From positions 3 to 64,002 of the forward strand of contig CACXER010000017.1 of assembly GCA_902766765.1 (NCBI GenBank): DNA of 64,000 nucleotides, written 5' to 3'. Every line of letters begins with the position of its first letter. The stretch's first letter is position 1. A program made the translations under genes and the position numbers. The DNA is from an uncultured Elusimicrobium sp. (lineage in GTDB: Bacteria; Elusimicrobiota; Elusimicrobia; Elusimicrobiales; Elusimicrobiaceae). Of the stretch, positions 55,825-64,000 are shown one piece after another. A model generated the notes under the pieces. It did no database searches, had not been told where the DNA came from, and worked only from the letters and a program-made list of their open reading frames with translations.

Positions 55825-56709
55825 ATGAGGATGGTATTTGCGCAAACCTTAACTGAGCTGGCCCGTACCGATAAAGATATTTGTTTAGTTACCCCCGATA
55901 TGGGCTATAGCATTTTAGATTGTTTTGAAAAAGAATTCCCGGACCGATTTTTTAACGTAGGTATTGCCGAGCAAAATGCGGTTTCCGTCGCCGCCGGATT
56001 AGCTTTATCAGGAAAGAAACCCTATGTATATAGCATTATTCCTTTCGTTACGATGCGTTGTTTTGAACAAATTCGTGTGGATGTGGCCTATATGAACACC
56101 AACGTCAAGTTAGTCGGCGTAGGGGCCGGATTTGAATATGGTGCCGCCGGGTATACACACCAAGGTGTGGAAGATTTTTCCGTGATGCGCTGCCTGCCCA
56201 ATATGATTGTTTGCGGGGCAGGAGATAACCGCGAAATGGAAGAAATAGTTAAACAAAGTACGCAAATAAAAACCCCGATGTATATGCGTATCGGTCGCCA
56301 CAACAAAGGTATTTTCAATCATACGGACAACATTATCGTGGGCAAAGCATCGGTGCTCGAGGAAGGCGAAGATATTGCCCTAATCGGGGTAAGCAATATG
56401 ATGCCAGACGTGATGGATTATGCTAAAAAGCTCAAGGCCCAAGGGCGCAAACCCTATATTATCAGTATGCATACGGTCAAACCTATTGACAAAGATTTAA
56501 TTTTGTCCTTGGTGGATAAAGGCGTGGAAATTAACACCTTTGAAGAGCATACGATTATCGGAGGCCTCGGGTCGGCCGTGGCTGAAGTAATTGCCGAAAG
56601 CGGTAAAGCGGTTAAATTCAAGCGTTACGGTGTGCCCGATAAGTTCTCGCACTATGTCGGTAATCAATACTATATCAAAGAGAAATTTGGCTTAAATTTT
56701 GATAAATAA
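55825..56709 (+). CDS. Split transketolase, C-terminal subunit
   Basis: FPDRFFNVGIAEQN, RCFEQIR, GYTHQGVED, P.YMRIGR and EEHTIIGGLGSAVAE. Confidence 0.9.
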   Translation: MRMVFAQTLTELARTDKDICLVTPDMGYSILDCFEKEFPDRFFNVGIAEQNAVSVAAGLALSGKKPYVYSIIPFVTMRCFEQIRVDVAYMNTNVKLVGVGAGFEYGAAGYTHQGVEDFSVMRCLPNMIVCGAGDNREMEEIVKQSTQIKTPMYMRIGRHNKGIFNHTDNIIVGKASVLEEGEDIALIGVSNMMPDVMDYAKKLKAQGRKPYIISMHTVKPIDKDLILSLVDKGVEINTFEEHTIIGGLGSAVAEVIAESGKAVKFKRYGVPDKFSHYVGNQYYIKEKFGLNFDK

Positions 56710-56720
56710 GGAGAGAGCGT

Positions 56721-57749
56721 ATGTTCTTATACGAGTTTCTAAAAGAAGAATACGATCAAATCAACTTGGCATTTGATGTCAATGAATTAAAAAACAAGAC
56801 AGTGCTCGTAACGGGAGCGAATGGCTTAATCGGTAGCAATTTAGTCAATGTGCTTTATTACTTGAGCCACAAACACGATTTAAACTTGCACCTTATTGCT
56901 CACTCTTTTTCCGAACCGGTAACGTGGTTACCGAAGGATAAAAATATAAAGTATTTATCATCGGATTTATCACAAGGGTTGAAGGAATTGTCTTTTGATG
57001 TGCTTATTCATACAGCAACGTACGGACAACCAAAGAAATTTATCCAAAACAAATTGGCTACCGTACAATTAAATACACAAACGCTCATTGGGTTATTACA
57101 AAACAGCCAAAAAAACCACGCCAAAGTGTTGTTCATTAGTTCGTCTGAAGTATACGGGCAAGTGCCGCTTGAAATTATGCCTGTAAAAGAAACGTATTTT
57201 GGTAACGTAGACACCCTTTCTCCGCGTGCGGTATATGCCGAATCCAAACGTATGGCTGAAACCATCTGCAATATCTTTGCCGAAGAAGGTTTGTGGGTAA
57301 AAATGGTACGTTTGGCTATTGGGTATGGCCCGGGCGTAAAATGGACGGATAGCCGCTTTATGAACGAATTTATCAAGCGCGCTCTTAACGATAAGGAACT
57401 CACCATGATGGACGCCGGGCGTGCGATACGATGTTTCTGCTTTATTTCCGACATTGTGGAAATGATGCTCAACACGCTGTTTGCTTCCAAAGAGATGTTA
57501 TACAACTTGGCCGGTGTAGACAATAAAACCATCCGTCAAGTGGCTGAAATGATTACGCAAGACCTGCAAGTGCCATTGCATTTACCAAAAGAGGAAGAAA
57601 AGATCGGTGGCACGCCGTCCCAACTGGCATTGGATAACAGCAAGTACTGCCAAGAATTTAAGAAGGACAAATTTATCCCGTTTGAGACGGGGCTTAAGAA
57701 AACAATTGAATGGATTAAAATCTTGAAACAAGAAGAGGTTGCAAAATGA
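56721..57749 (+). CDS. NAD-dependent nucleotide-sugar epimerase/reductase (extended SDR)
   Basis: VTGANGLIG, H.A.YGQP, SSSEVYG, RAVYAESKR..E and YGPG. Similar to 23442..24503. Confidence 0.85.
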   Translation: MFLYEFLKEEYDQINLAFDVNELKNKTVLVTGANGLIGSNLVNVLYYLSHKHDLNLHLIAHSFSEPVTWLPKDKNIKYLSSDLSQGLKELSFDVLIHTATYGQPKKFIQNKLATVQLNTQTLIGLLQNSQKNHAKVLFISSSEVYGQVPLEIMPVKETYFGNVDTLSPRAVYAESKRMAETICNIFAEEGLWVKMVRLAIGYGPGVKWTDSRFMNEFIKRALNDKELTMMDAGRAIRCFCFISDIVEMMLNTLFASKEMLYNLAGVDNKTIRQVAEMITQDLQVPLHLPKEEEKIGGTPSQLALDNSKYCQEFKKDKFIPFETGLKKTIEWIKILKQEEVAK

Positions 57750-58909
57750 AATACGAATTAGCTAGTTCCTCTTGGGACCAAAAAGAAATAGACGCCATCC
57801 ACAATGTGATCCGGCGTGATAACTACACTCTGGGGCCATCGGTGCGGCAGTTTGAAGAAGATTTTGCTAAATATACGCATCATAAATATTGTGTGATGGT
57901 CAATTCCGGTTCTTCCGCAAATTTGGTTGCTATCGCCGCCATGTTTTACAAAAAAGACAATCCGCTTAAACGTGGGGATGAAGTCATTGTGCCGGCAGTT
58001 TCTTGGGCGACAACGTACTATCCCCTATACCAATATGGCTTAAAATTAAAATTTATTGATGTGGATAAACATACGTTAAATTTTGATCTTAATGAACTTC
58101 AAAAAGCCATTACGGATAAAACCCGTTTGATTTTTGCGGTCAATTTGTTGGGTAATCCGAACGATTACGATGCTATCAACGCCATGATTAAAGGCAAAAA
58201 CATTTATTTGTTAGAAGATAACTGCGAATCGTTGGGCGGGGTCTACAAAGGTAAACCGCTTGGTTCTATCGGGTTGATGGGCACGTATTCCACTTTCTTC
58301 TCGCACCACATGGCTACCATGGAAGGCGGTTTAGTGGGTACCGATGATGAAGAGTTATATCATATTCTCTTGGCGTTGCGTTCGCACGGTTGGACGCGTC
58401 ACTTGCCTAAAGAAAATAAACTCTGTGTTAAGACGGATAATTATTTTGAAGAAAGTTGGCGTTTTATCTTGCCGGGCTATAACGTCCGTCCCGTGGAAAT
58501 GATGGGAGCTATCGGTATAGAACAACTTAAGAAACTGCCGGAATTTATCCGTCATCGCCGTGACAATGCCGCTTATTTTAAGCAACTTTTCGGTAACGAC
58601 AAACGCTTTATTATCCAGCAAGAAATTGAACAATCCAGTTGGTTCGGTTTCTCTTTCTTAATTAAAGAAGAATCCGGCCTTCAACGCAGTAAAATAATTG
58701 AAGCATTAACGAAGGCCAACATTGATACCCGCCCTATCGTGGCTGGTAACTTCGCCAAGAAAGAAGTGGTTAAATGGTTTGACTACGAAATACAGGGAAA
58801 TCTGCCCAATGCGGACTATGTGGATAAATACGGTTTCTTTGTAGGCAATCACCAATTCCCGATTAAGGATAAATTAGATTATTTAAAAGACATCTTGGAT
58901 AAACAATAA
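57746..58909 (+). CDS. colD: GDP-4-keto-6-deoxymannose 3-dehydratase (ColD-like, DegT family)
   Basis: MVNSGSSANL, VPAVSW.TTY.P, VNLLGN, EDNCES, FFSHHMATMEGG (His for Lys), LRSHGW, LPGYNVRP and RPIVAGN. Lacks the Fe-S cysteine motif of RfbH. Confidence 0.82.
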   Translation: MKYELASSSWDQKEIDAIHNVIRRDNYTLGPSVRQFEEDFAKYTHHKYCVMVNSGSSANLVAIAAMFYKKDNPLKRGDEVIVPAVSWATTYYPLYQYGLKLKFIDVDKHTLNFDLNELQKAITDKTRLIFAVNLLGNPNDYDAINAMIKGKNIYLLEDNCESLGGVYKGKPLGSIGLMGTYSTFFSHHMATMEGGLVGTDDEELYHILLALRSHGWTRHLPKENKLCVKTDNYFEESWRFILPGYNVRPVEMMGAIGIEQLKKLPEFIRHRRDNAAYFKQLFGNDKRFIIQQEIEQSSWFGFSFLIKEESGLQRSKIIEALTKANIDTRPIVAGNFAKKEVVKWFDYEIQGNLPNADYVDKYGFFVGNHQFPIKDKLDYLKDILDKQ

Positions 58910-58958
58910 TAGGAAGGTTGCTTTGTGCCTTCGGCGTCTTGAAGGGAAAACAAGATAT

Positions 58959-60191
58959 ATGAAGCATATAGCAAGTGTTGTTTTATACTTTTTTTGTTCA
59001 TTTTTAATTGCTTCCCGAATTTGGATTAAATATAAATTCGGGAAGATTACCGCAGAACAAATATTGTTTTTTGTGTATACGGATACGCATGGAACAGATA
59101 AAAGTTTGCTCGCATCCTTTGCTATTTTTGTCATTATAATTCCGCTTATTTTATCCATAGGTCTTGGCTTTTTACAAAAGTTTTTAGACACTTTAAATGT
59201 CTCAAAAATAAATCTTACATTTTTGACGAAAATCAAAAGGTTGTTTTATATTTTAGCCACCCAAATAGCGGGCACTATAAAAAAATATTTTTCAACTGCC
59301 CTTGTTTTGGCCTCCCTATTCCTGTTAATATACGCAGGGGTTCAAACGCAACGTTTCAAAATAGAAAAAAGTAAATTCTATAAAGAAAGCGCAGCGTATA
59401 CCGGGGAAATCATGGAACACTATTATACCGGCTCTAAAAATGACATTTTGTCCAACCCGGAATATCTAATCGCGCATGCCGGGGGGGCTTTATTAAAACC
59501 GGAGCCGTATCTTTTTTATACAAACTCGCAAGAAGCGGTTAAAAATTCGCTGCACAACGGATTCAAATATATAGAGATTGATATCCAACAGTTAAAAGAT
59601 GGACGTTTAGTAGCCTTCCATGATATTGCCTTATTTCGCAATTTAACACAAGACAATCCTTTTAAGCCGGGTCCATTAACAGTTGCTGATTTCAAAACCA
59701 AAAAAATCCAAGGATTATATACCCCTATCGGAGATATGGCGTATATTAGAGAAATGATGCAAAAGTATCCGGATATGGTTTTAGTCACCGATATTATAAA
59801 CAATTTTGTCGCCCTGAAAAAAGAGTTCCCTGATACTTCACGGCTGATTGTGGAAGCATATAACCTGGGTGACTATATCCGCGCCAAAGAAGAAGGTTTT
59901 GAAAATGTTGCTCTTAATATTTCATACTTAAAAAACCTCAAAAAACTAAAATCTGCTCTTAAAAAAGGGGTTAATATTATTACCGTAGGTATGCCGCAAT
60001 TATTAGAAAATGAAGCATTTTTCCGACGATTGCACGACGAGGGTATGACCATTTTTGTATGGGGCGATGTCATTGAGATGGGGATAAGAGAACAGTTACG
60101 GCATTTTTTGGGTGTATTTGCCGATATGGCGTACGTTGACTACGATGTTAACAAAAATAATTATTTTATTTTGAAAGGAGCAGATAAATGA
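58959..60191 (+). CDS. Membrane-anchored glycerophosphodiester phosphodiesterase (GDPD)-like protein
   Basis: Three N-terminal TMs, then IAHAGG, YTNS.EA and GFKYIEID...KDG.LV.FHD. Confidence 0.7.
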   Translation: MKHIASVVLYFFCSFLIASRIWIKYKFGKITAEQILFFVYTDTHGTDKSLLASFAIFVIIIPLILSIGLGFLQKFLDTLNVSKINLTFLTKIKRLFYILATQIAGTIKKYFSTALVLASLFLLIYAGVQTQRFKIEKSKFYKESAAYTGEIMEHYYTGSKNDILSNPEYLIAHAGGALLKPEPYLFYTNSQEAVKNSLHNGFKYIEIDIQQLKDGRLVAFHDIALFRNLTQDNPFKPGPLTVADFKTKKIQGLYTPIGDMAYIREMMQKYPDMVLVTDIINNFVALKKEFPDTSRLIVEAYNLGDYIRAKEEGFENVALNISYLKNLKKLKSALKKGVNIITVGMPQLLENEAFFRRLHDEGMTIFVWGDVIEMGIREQLRHFLGVFADMAYVDYDVNKNNYFILKGADK

Positions 60192-61588
60192 GATTTCTAA
60201 TTTTGCTCTCTGCCTTTGTTATATCTCTGCTTGTAATACTTGGGCATAAATTCGGTTTCTTTATGGTTGATATCGCGTTAATCAAAGCGCTTTACGCAAC
60301 TAACAAACTACCCCACGTGCTCCTCCGCGCCGCTTTTATACCCTTTTTGATGCTCTTAATTTTTACGGTTTCAGACGTTGTTAAAAAGAAAAAACAGATA
60401 TCTTCCGTTTTTATTTTATTGGGAGTTTCGTTGCTGATATTTCAAGTTGTTGATATTTTTAAAAATTATAGATTAAATGAATTTTTTTACGACTATTCCG
60501 AAAAATCATATTTTTTTAAAAATCATTATATCCCTTATGAAAAAACCAACCATACTATCGCCAAAAAAAGAAACATTATTGTCATCTCTATTGAAAGCAT
60601 GGAAACAACCTTAAGCCGTCCGGAATTTTTTGGAACGAATATCATTCCTCATTTAAGCAAGGTGGCTGACGAAAATATTTCGTTTTCAAATTATGTAGAC
60701 GGATATGCCCAGAATTGGACACAGGCTTCTTTAGTGGCCCTTCATGCGGGAGTCCCGCTGAATATAAACAGTCTGGGGTTTAAGATGGATAATGTGAATT
60801 ACGTATCGGAAAGATTGAAAAAATTCTTGCCGAATGTGAAGACGCTCACAGATATTTTATCGGAAAACGGATACCATCTGTTATATATGCAGCCGGGTAA
60901 CCTCAAGTTTTCTAACGCTGATTTATTTTTGTTAACTCACGGTTACAAAAAAGAAGAAATTTATGGGGAAGAGGAATTAGCAAAAGAAGGGGTGGCCTAT
61001 TCTTATAACCAAAATTGGTGGGGACAGCCGGATTCTGCGACGTTGGAAGTATTCAAAAAGAAACTTTTGGAATTATCAAAAAGAGGAAATTTCTTTGCAT
61101 TTTATTCCAGCATTGATACACACCCGGGCGACTACCCCTATGATGACTTGGAACATCCTTTTAAAGCGACCCTTTTAAACCAATATTACCACGAATCACG
61201 TTTAGTAGCCGATTTTGTGAATTGGGCCAAAAAACAAAACTTTTATAAAGATACGACTCTTGTTTTAATCGGAGACCATTCGCGTTGTTCTTCTTTCTCC
61301 AAGAGCGAATCGCATCCTATTGCGGAAAAAGAACGACGTGTTTACAACGCATTCATCAATGTTCCTCTTTCTCTACAAGCCACTGTTAATAAAAATAGAA
61401 CATTTAATCAGGTGGACCTGTTTCCTACTATTTTAGAATTGGCAGGATGGAACATTGAAGGACATAAGATAGGAATAGGGACTTCCATCTTTTCCCAGCA
61501 AGCCACTATGGCAGAAGAATATGGTGGTGATTATTTGAGAGAACAACTGCGAAAGTTTAGTAAAGAAAATTTTGAATTATGGAAATAA
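60188..61588 (+). CDS. LTA synthase / phosphoglycerol transferase (OpgB-like) sulfatase-fold protein
   Basis: N-terminal TMs, NII.ISIESME, WT (catalytic Thr), DTHP, IGDH, D.FPTILE..G and IG.G.S.F. Confidence 0.82.
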   Translation: MRFLILLSAFVISLLVILGHKFGFFMVDIALIKALYATNKLPHVLLRAAFIPFLMLLIFTVSDVVKKKKQISSVFILLGVSLLIFQVVDIFKNYRLNEFFYDYSEKSYFFKNHYIPYEKTNHTIAKKRNIIVISIESMETTLSRPEFFGTNIIPHLSKVADENISFSNYVDGYAQNWTQASLVALHAGVPLNINSLGFKMDNVNYVSERLKKFLPNVKTLTDILSENGYHLLYMQPGNLKFSNADLFLLTHGYKKEEIYGEEELAKEGVAYSYNQNWWGQPDSATLEVFKKKLLELSKRGNFFAFYSSIDTHPGDYPYDDLEHPFKATLLNQYYHESRLVADFVNWAKKQNFYKDTTLVLIGDHSRCSSFSKSESHPIAEKERRVYNAFINVPLSLQATVNKNRTFNQVDLFPTILELAGWNIEGHKIGIGTSIFSQQATMAEEYGGDYLREQLRKFSKENFELWK

Positions 61589-62625
61589 AATTAACCGCTG
61601 TAAACCGAAAAAAAATAACCGTTATTACAGCTACCTTTAATTTGATTAAAGGAGAGCGTCAAAATGTTTTTGTCAAAATGTTCAAAAGCGTTCATGCACA
61701 AACATATCCCAATATAGAACATTTAATTATAGATGGCGGGTCAAAAGACGGCACATTGGAATTTATTGAGCAGATAAACAAAAAATACGGTAAGAAAGAA
61801 TTACGGGTGATATCCGAACCGGACAAAGGAATTACCGACGCCACCATTAAAGGGTACAAAAATGCTCGCGGAGAATATATCATTTTGATGTGCTCGGATG
61901 ATTATTACTTGCGTAATGATGCGTTAGAACTATTGGCCAATGAGTTAGAAAAAGAACAAGCGGACTTTGTATGTGCCGATGGTTGGTGGCTGTTTTGCCG
62001 GGTGTGGAAGGCGGACTTGGAATCTTTTGTGTCACGCCATCCGTTTATAATTAGCACTATGCTGGGGAAGAAGTCCCTTTTTGATAAATATGGGCATTTT
62101 GATCCTTCCTATGAGATGTTGGCGGATTATGAACTGATGTTTCGCCTATTAACCAACCCTGCCATAAAGGGAGCCGTCGTTCCGCAGACGCTGACTGTAT
62201 TGCGACCGGGGGGATTCTCTCAAACGAAGATGGATTTGTTTGTTAAAGAAACCGTACAAATTTATCAAAAATATTTTAATCCCAAGTGCCGCTTGTCCAC
62301 CAAGGATTGCAAGATGCTCCATTGGGCCAAACCTACTGCAAAACTCTACGCAAGGATTCTCCGCCTGGAAACTAATCCCCGTATTTTGAATTCCATACGC
62401 AAGTATCACAACAAAAGGGAATTATTTTTTTACAGACGGCGTATAGCCTTCCTTTCCCTCATGTGGAACAAATTATATTACTTCTTATTCCGGAAGCATT
62501 ATTTTGATCGCGATACTCCGGAATTGTTTCTGCCAAGCTGGTTGGGACACATGTGTTGTTGGTTTATTTGGAAGAAAGAAAATCGTCATAAATTTAGAGC
62601 AAAATATGTACGCCCCCAAAAATAA
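61579..62625 (+). CDS. GT2 glycosyltransferase, paralog of 51979..52887
   Basis: IEHLIIDGGSKDGT, SEPDKGI, CSDD, FDPSY..LADYE and RPGGFS. Confidence 0.87.
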   Translation: MEIKLTAVNRKKITVITATFNLIKGERQNVFVKMFKSVHAQTYPNIEHLIIDGGSKDGTLEFIEQINKKYGKKELRVISEPDKGITDATIKGYKNARGEYIILMCSDDYYLRNDALELLANELEKEQADFVCADGWWLFCRVWKADLESFVSRHPFIISTMLGKKSLFDKYGHFDPSYEMLADYELMFRLLTNPAIKGAVVPQTLTVLRPGGFSQTKMDLFVKETVQIYQKYFNPKCRLSTKDCKMLHWAKPTAKLYARILRLETNPRILNSIRKYHNKRELFFYRRRIAFLSLMWNKLYYFLFRKHYFDRDTPELFLPSWLGHMCCWFIWKKENRHKFRAKYVRPQK

Positions 62626-62643
62626 GCCACTTGCATAAACTTT

Positions 62644-62671
62644 AAAAACTCCCGCGTAAGCGGGAGTTTTT
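62644..62671. terminator. Bidirectional intrinsic terminator
   Basis: aaaaactcccgc-gtaa-gcgggagttttt between convergent glycosyltransferase genes. Confidence 0.88.
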
Positions 62672-63740
62672 AATGACGGGATGTTGAGAATTTACCCTTC
62701 AATTTGTAGTATGGATTTAGAAATATCATCGCGATATTTCGCAGTTTGCGCAGGCGGCGGGGAAATTTCAAATCGTTTTTGGTCAGTGCACGCTGTAAAC
62801 CGCGCACTTTCCACCTAAACCACGCATTTCTACGGGCGAATAAATCGGCAGGCAATTCTAAAACATCCTTACGGATTAAATCATACGCTTTTTGCACGGT
62901 CCCCTGTGGCACATTTCCAAGCCGCCCGGCAAATATGCGCTCATCGCCGATAAGCAGATTCATTTTATTAAACCAAAATGTTTCTTTTACTTCTTCAAAT
63001 ACACCGTATTCACGTAAATTATCTTCCAGCATACCGAAATTTTTAATGCCGTCGAGTAACATCCGCTCGGCCTTGCCGGAAATACTGCCAGGCCGGCCTA
63101 CGCGGTAATAATACAATAAATCGGGAATACGCTTGACGCGCCGCGCCTGCACAAAACACATCACGATAAATGGCACATCCTCCACAATCCCGGAAGGAAA
63201 CCTAATTTTGTTATTTTCTATAATTTCCCGTCGGTATAATCGGCCCCACACAAAGGAACACGCAAACGCAAACTTGGCAAATTCTTCCACGCTATCACCC
63301 TTGTCCCGGTCCAGAGTATCTTTATGTGCCAGTTCAAGTCCTGCAGAAGAGGGTGCTGCTTGTCCGGAGTCGTTGTGATAGTTATAAAATCGACAAACCA
63401 CAATATCTAAATTATCTTTTTTCAACGCATTAAGTAACGTTTCACACGCGGAAGGAGCTAAGAAATCGTCGGAATCCACAAATAAAATATATTCCCCTTT
63501 TGCTTCATCCAGCCCTTTGTTCCGGCACGCTCCCGGTCCCTGATTGGCCATTGAAAAAATACGCACGCGCGAGTCTTCGGCTGCCAAATTCTCCAACACT
63601 TTCAGCGAATTATCAGACGAACCGTTATCCACACAAATTACTTCTATGTCGGTAAATGTTTGCTCCAATATGCTGCGCAGACATTTTTCTACATAGTTTT
63701 CTACATTATAAACGGGGATAATTACGCTGATTTGCGGCAT
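62670..63740 (-). CDS. GT2 glycosyltransferase
   Basis: Start at MPQISVIIPVYNVE (GAGG RBS), VDNGSSD, NQG...RN.GL..A.GEYILFVDSDD, ED..F and YYYR. Confidence 0.92.
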   Translation of the reverse strand: MPQISVIIPVYNVENYVEKCLRSILEQTFTDIEVICVDNGSSDNSLKVLENLAAEDSRVRIFSMANQGPGACRNKGLDEAKGEYILFVDSDDFLAPSACETLLNALKKDNLDIVVCRFYNYHNDSGQAAPSSAGLELAHKDTLDRDKGDSVEEFAKFAFACSFVWGRLYRREIIENNKIRFPSGIVEDVPFIVMCFVQARRVKRIPDLLYYYRVGRPGSISGKAERMLLDGIKNFGMLEDNLREYGVFEEVKETFWFNKMNLLIGDERIFAGRLGNVPQGTVQKAYDLIRKDVLELPADLFARRNAWFRWKVRGLQRALTKNDLKFPRRLRKLRNIAMIFLNPYYKLKGKFSTSRH

Positions 63741-64000
63741 AGAATCCTCTTGGGCTATTCTACTAAAATTTACTTTGCCCGGGCAATGCTCTTTCGCCCG
63801 GGTGTTTTTGAATGTTGTAAAGTATAAGTATGAACACCACAAATCCGGCTTTTGCTCGAGAACAAACTAAGGTATAATTAGTTTTTGTCGACGAGAAGTA
63901 GGGAAAGATTTAAGGGTTTGCTGTGTACCATACAGGGTCCACTAACAATATACAAGATTTGCGTAATCTTGCTCATTTTGCTCAAAAAACACCGACGAGG

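Noticed and set aside
57746-58909. Sugar aminotransferase (perosamine synthase-like)
   Set aside because: The Schiff-base Lys position is His (FFSHH), which indicates a ColD-type 3-dehydratase.
1-64000. tRNA, rRNA, IS elements, prophage
   Set aside because: No cloverleaf or rRNA-like stretch, transposase, integrase or phage structural gene was recognised; intergenic spaces are short.

Overview
Gene-dense bacterial chromosomal window with no recognisable rRNA, tRNA, CRISPR array or transposase. The style of the type IV pilin and the overall gene content suggest a diderm gut anaerobe, probably Elusimicrobiota (inference only). From left to right it contains: (1) a Chlamydia-type aaxABC arginine decarboxylation/exchange operon; (2) an ECF sigma/anti-sigma module, a pilin and a POT transporter; (3) an ~18 kb CDP-3,6-dideoxyhexose glycan locus (rfbFGH, paratose/tyvelose-type enzymes, GT2s); (4) housekeeping and transport genes (CDF, RsmF, VanX-type dipeptidase, macrodomain, MlaEFD-PqiC, CstA, AGCS); (5) a 2159-aa Pmp-repeat autotransporter followed by a SurA/PrsA-like gene; (6) a second, GDP-sugar glycan locus. 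The first glycan locus carries an unusual inserted block: SDR, dehydroquinate-synthase-like enzyme, FGGY kinase, NeuB-like synthase and YerE-like ThDP enzyme. I propose this block builds a long-chain C4-branched, caryophyllose-type sugar; it is the best candidate for an undescribed system. The autotransporter beta-barrel is followed by a 145-aa charged linker ending in a transmembrane helix and basic tail. The second glycan locus has a eukaryote-type phosphomannomutase, HxGH nucleotidyltransferase, cupin, gmd, fcl, split transketolase, ColD-type dehydratase and a GDPD/LtaS-like pair. All calls come from motif recognition in the translated sequence; no database searches were run.
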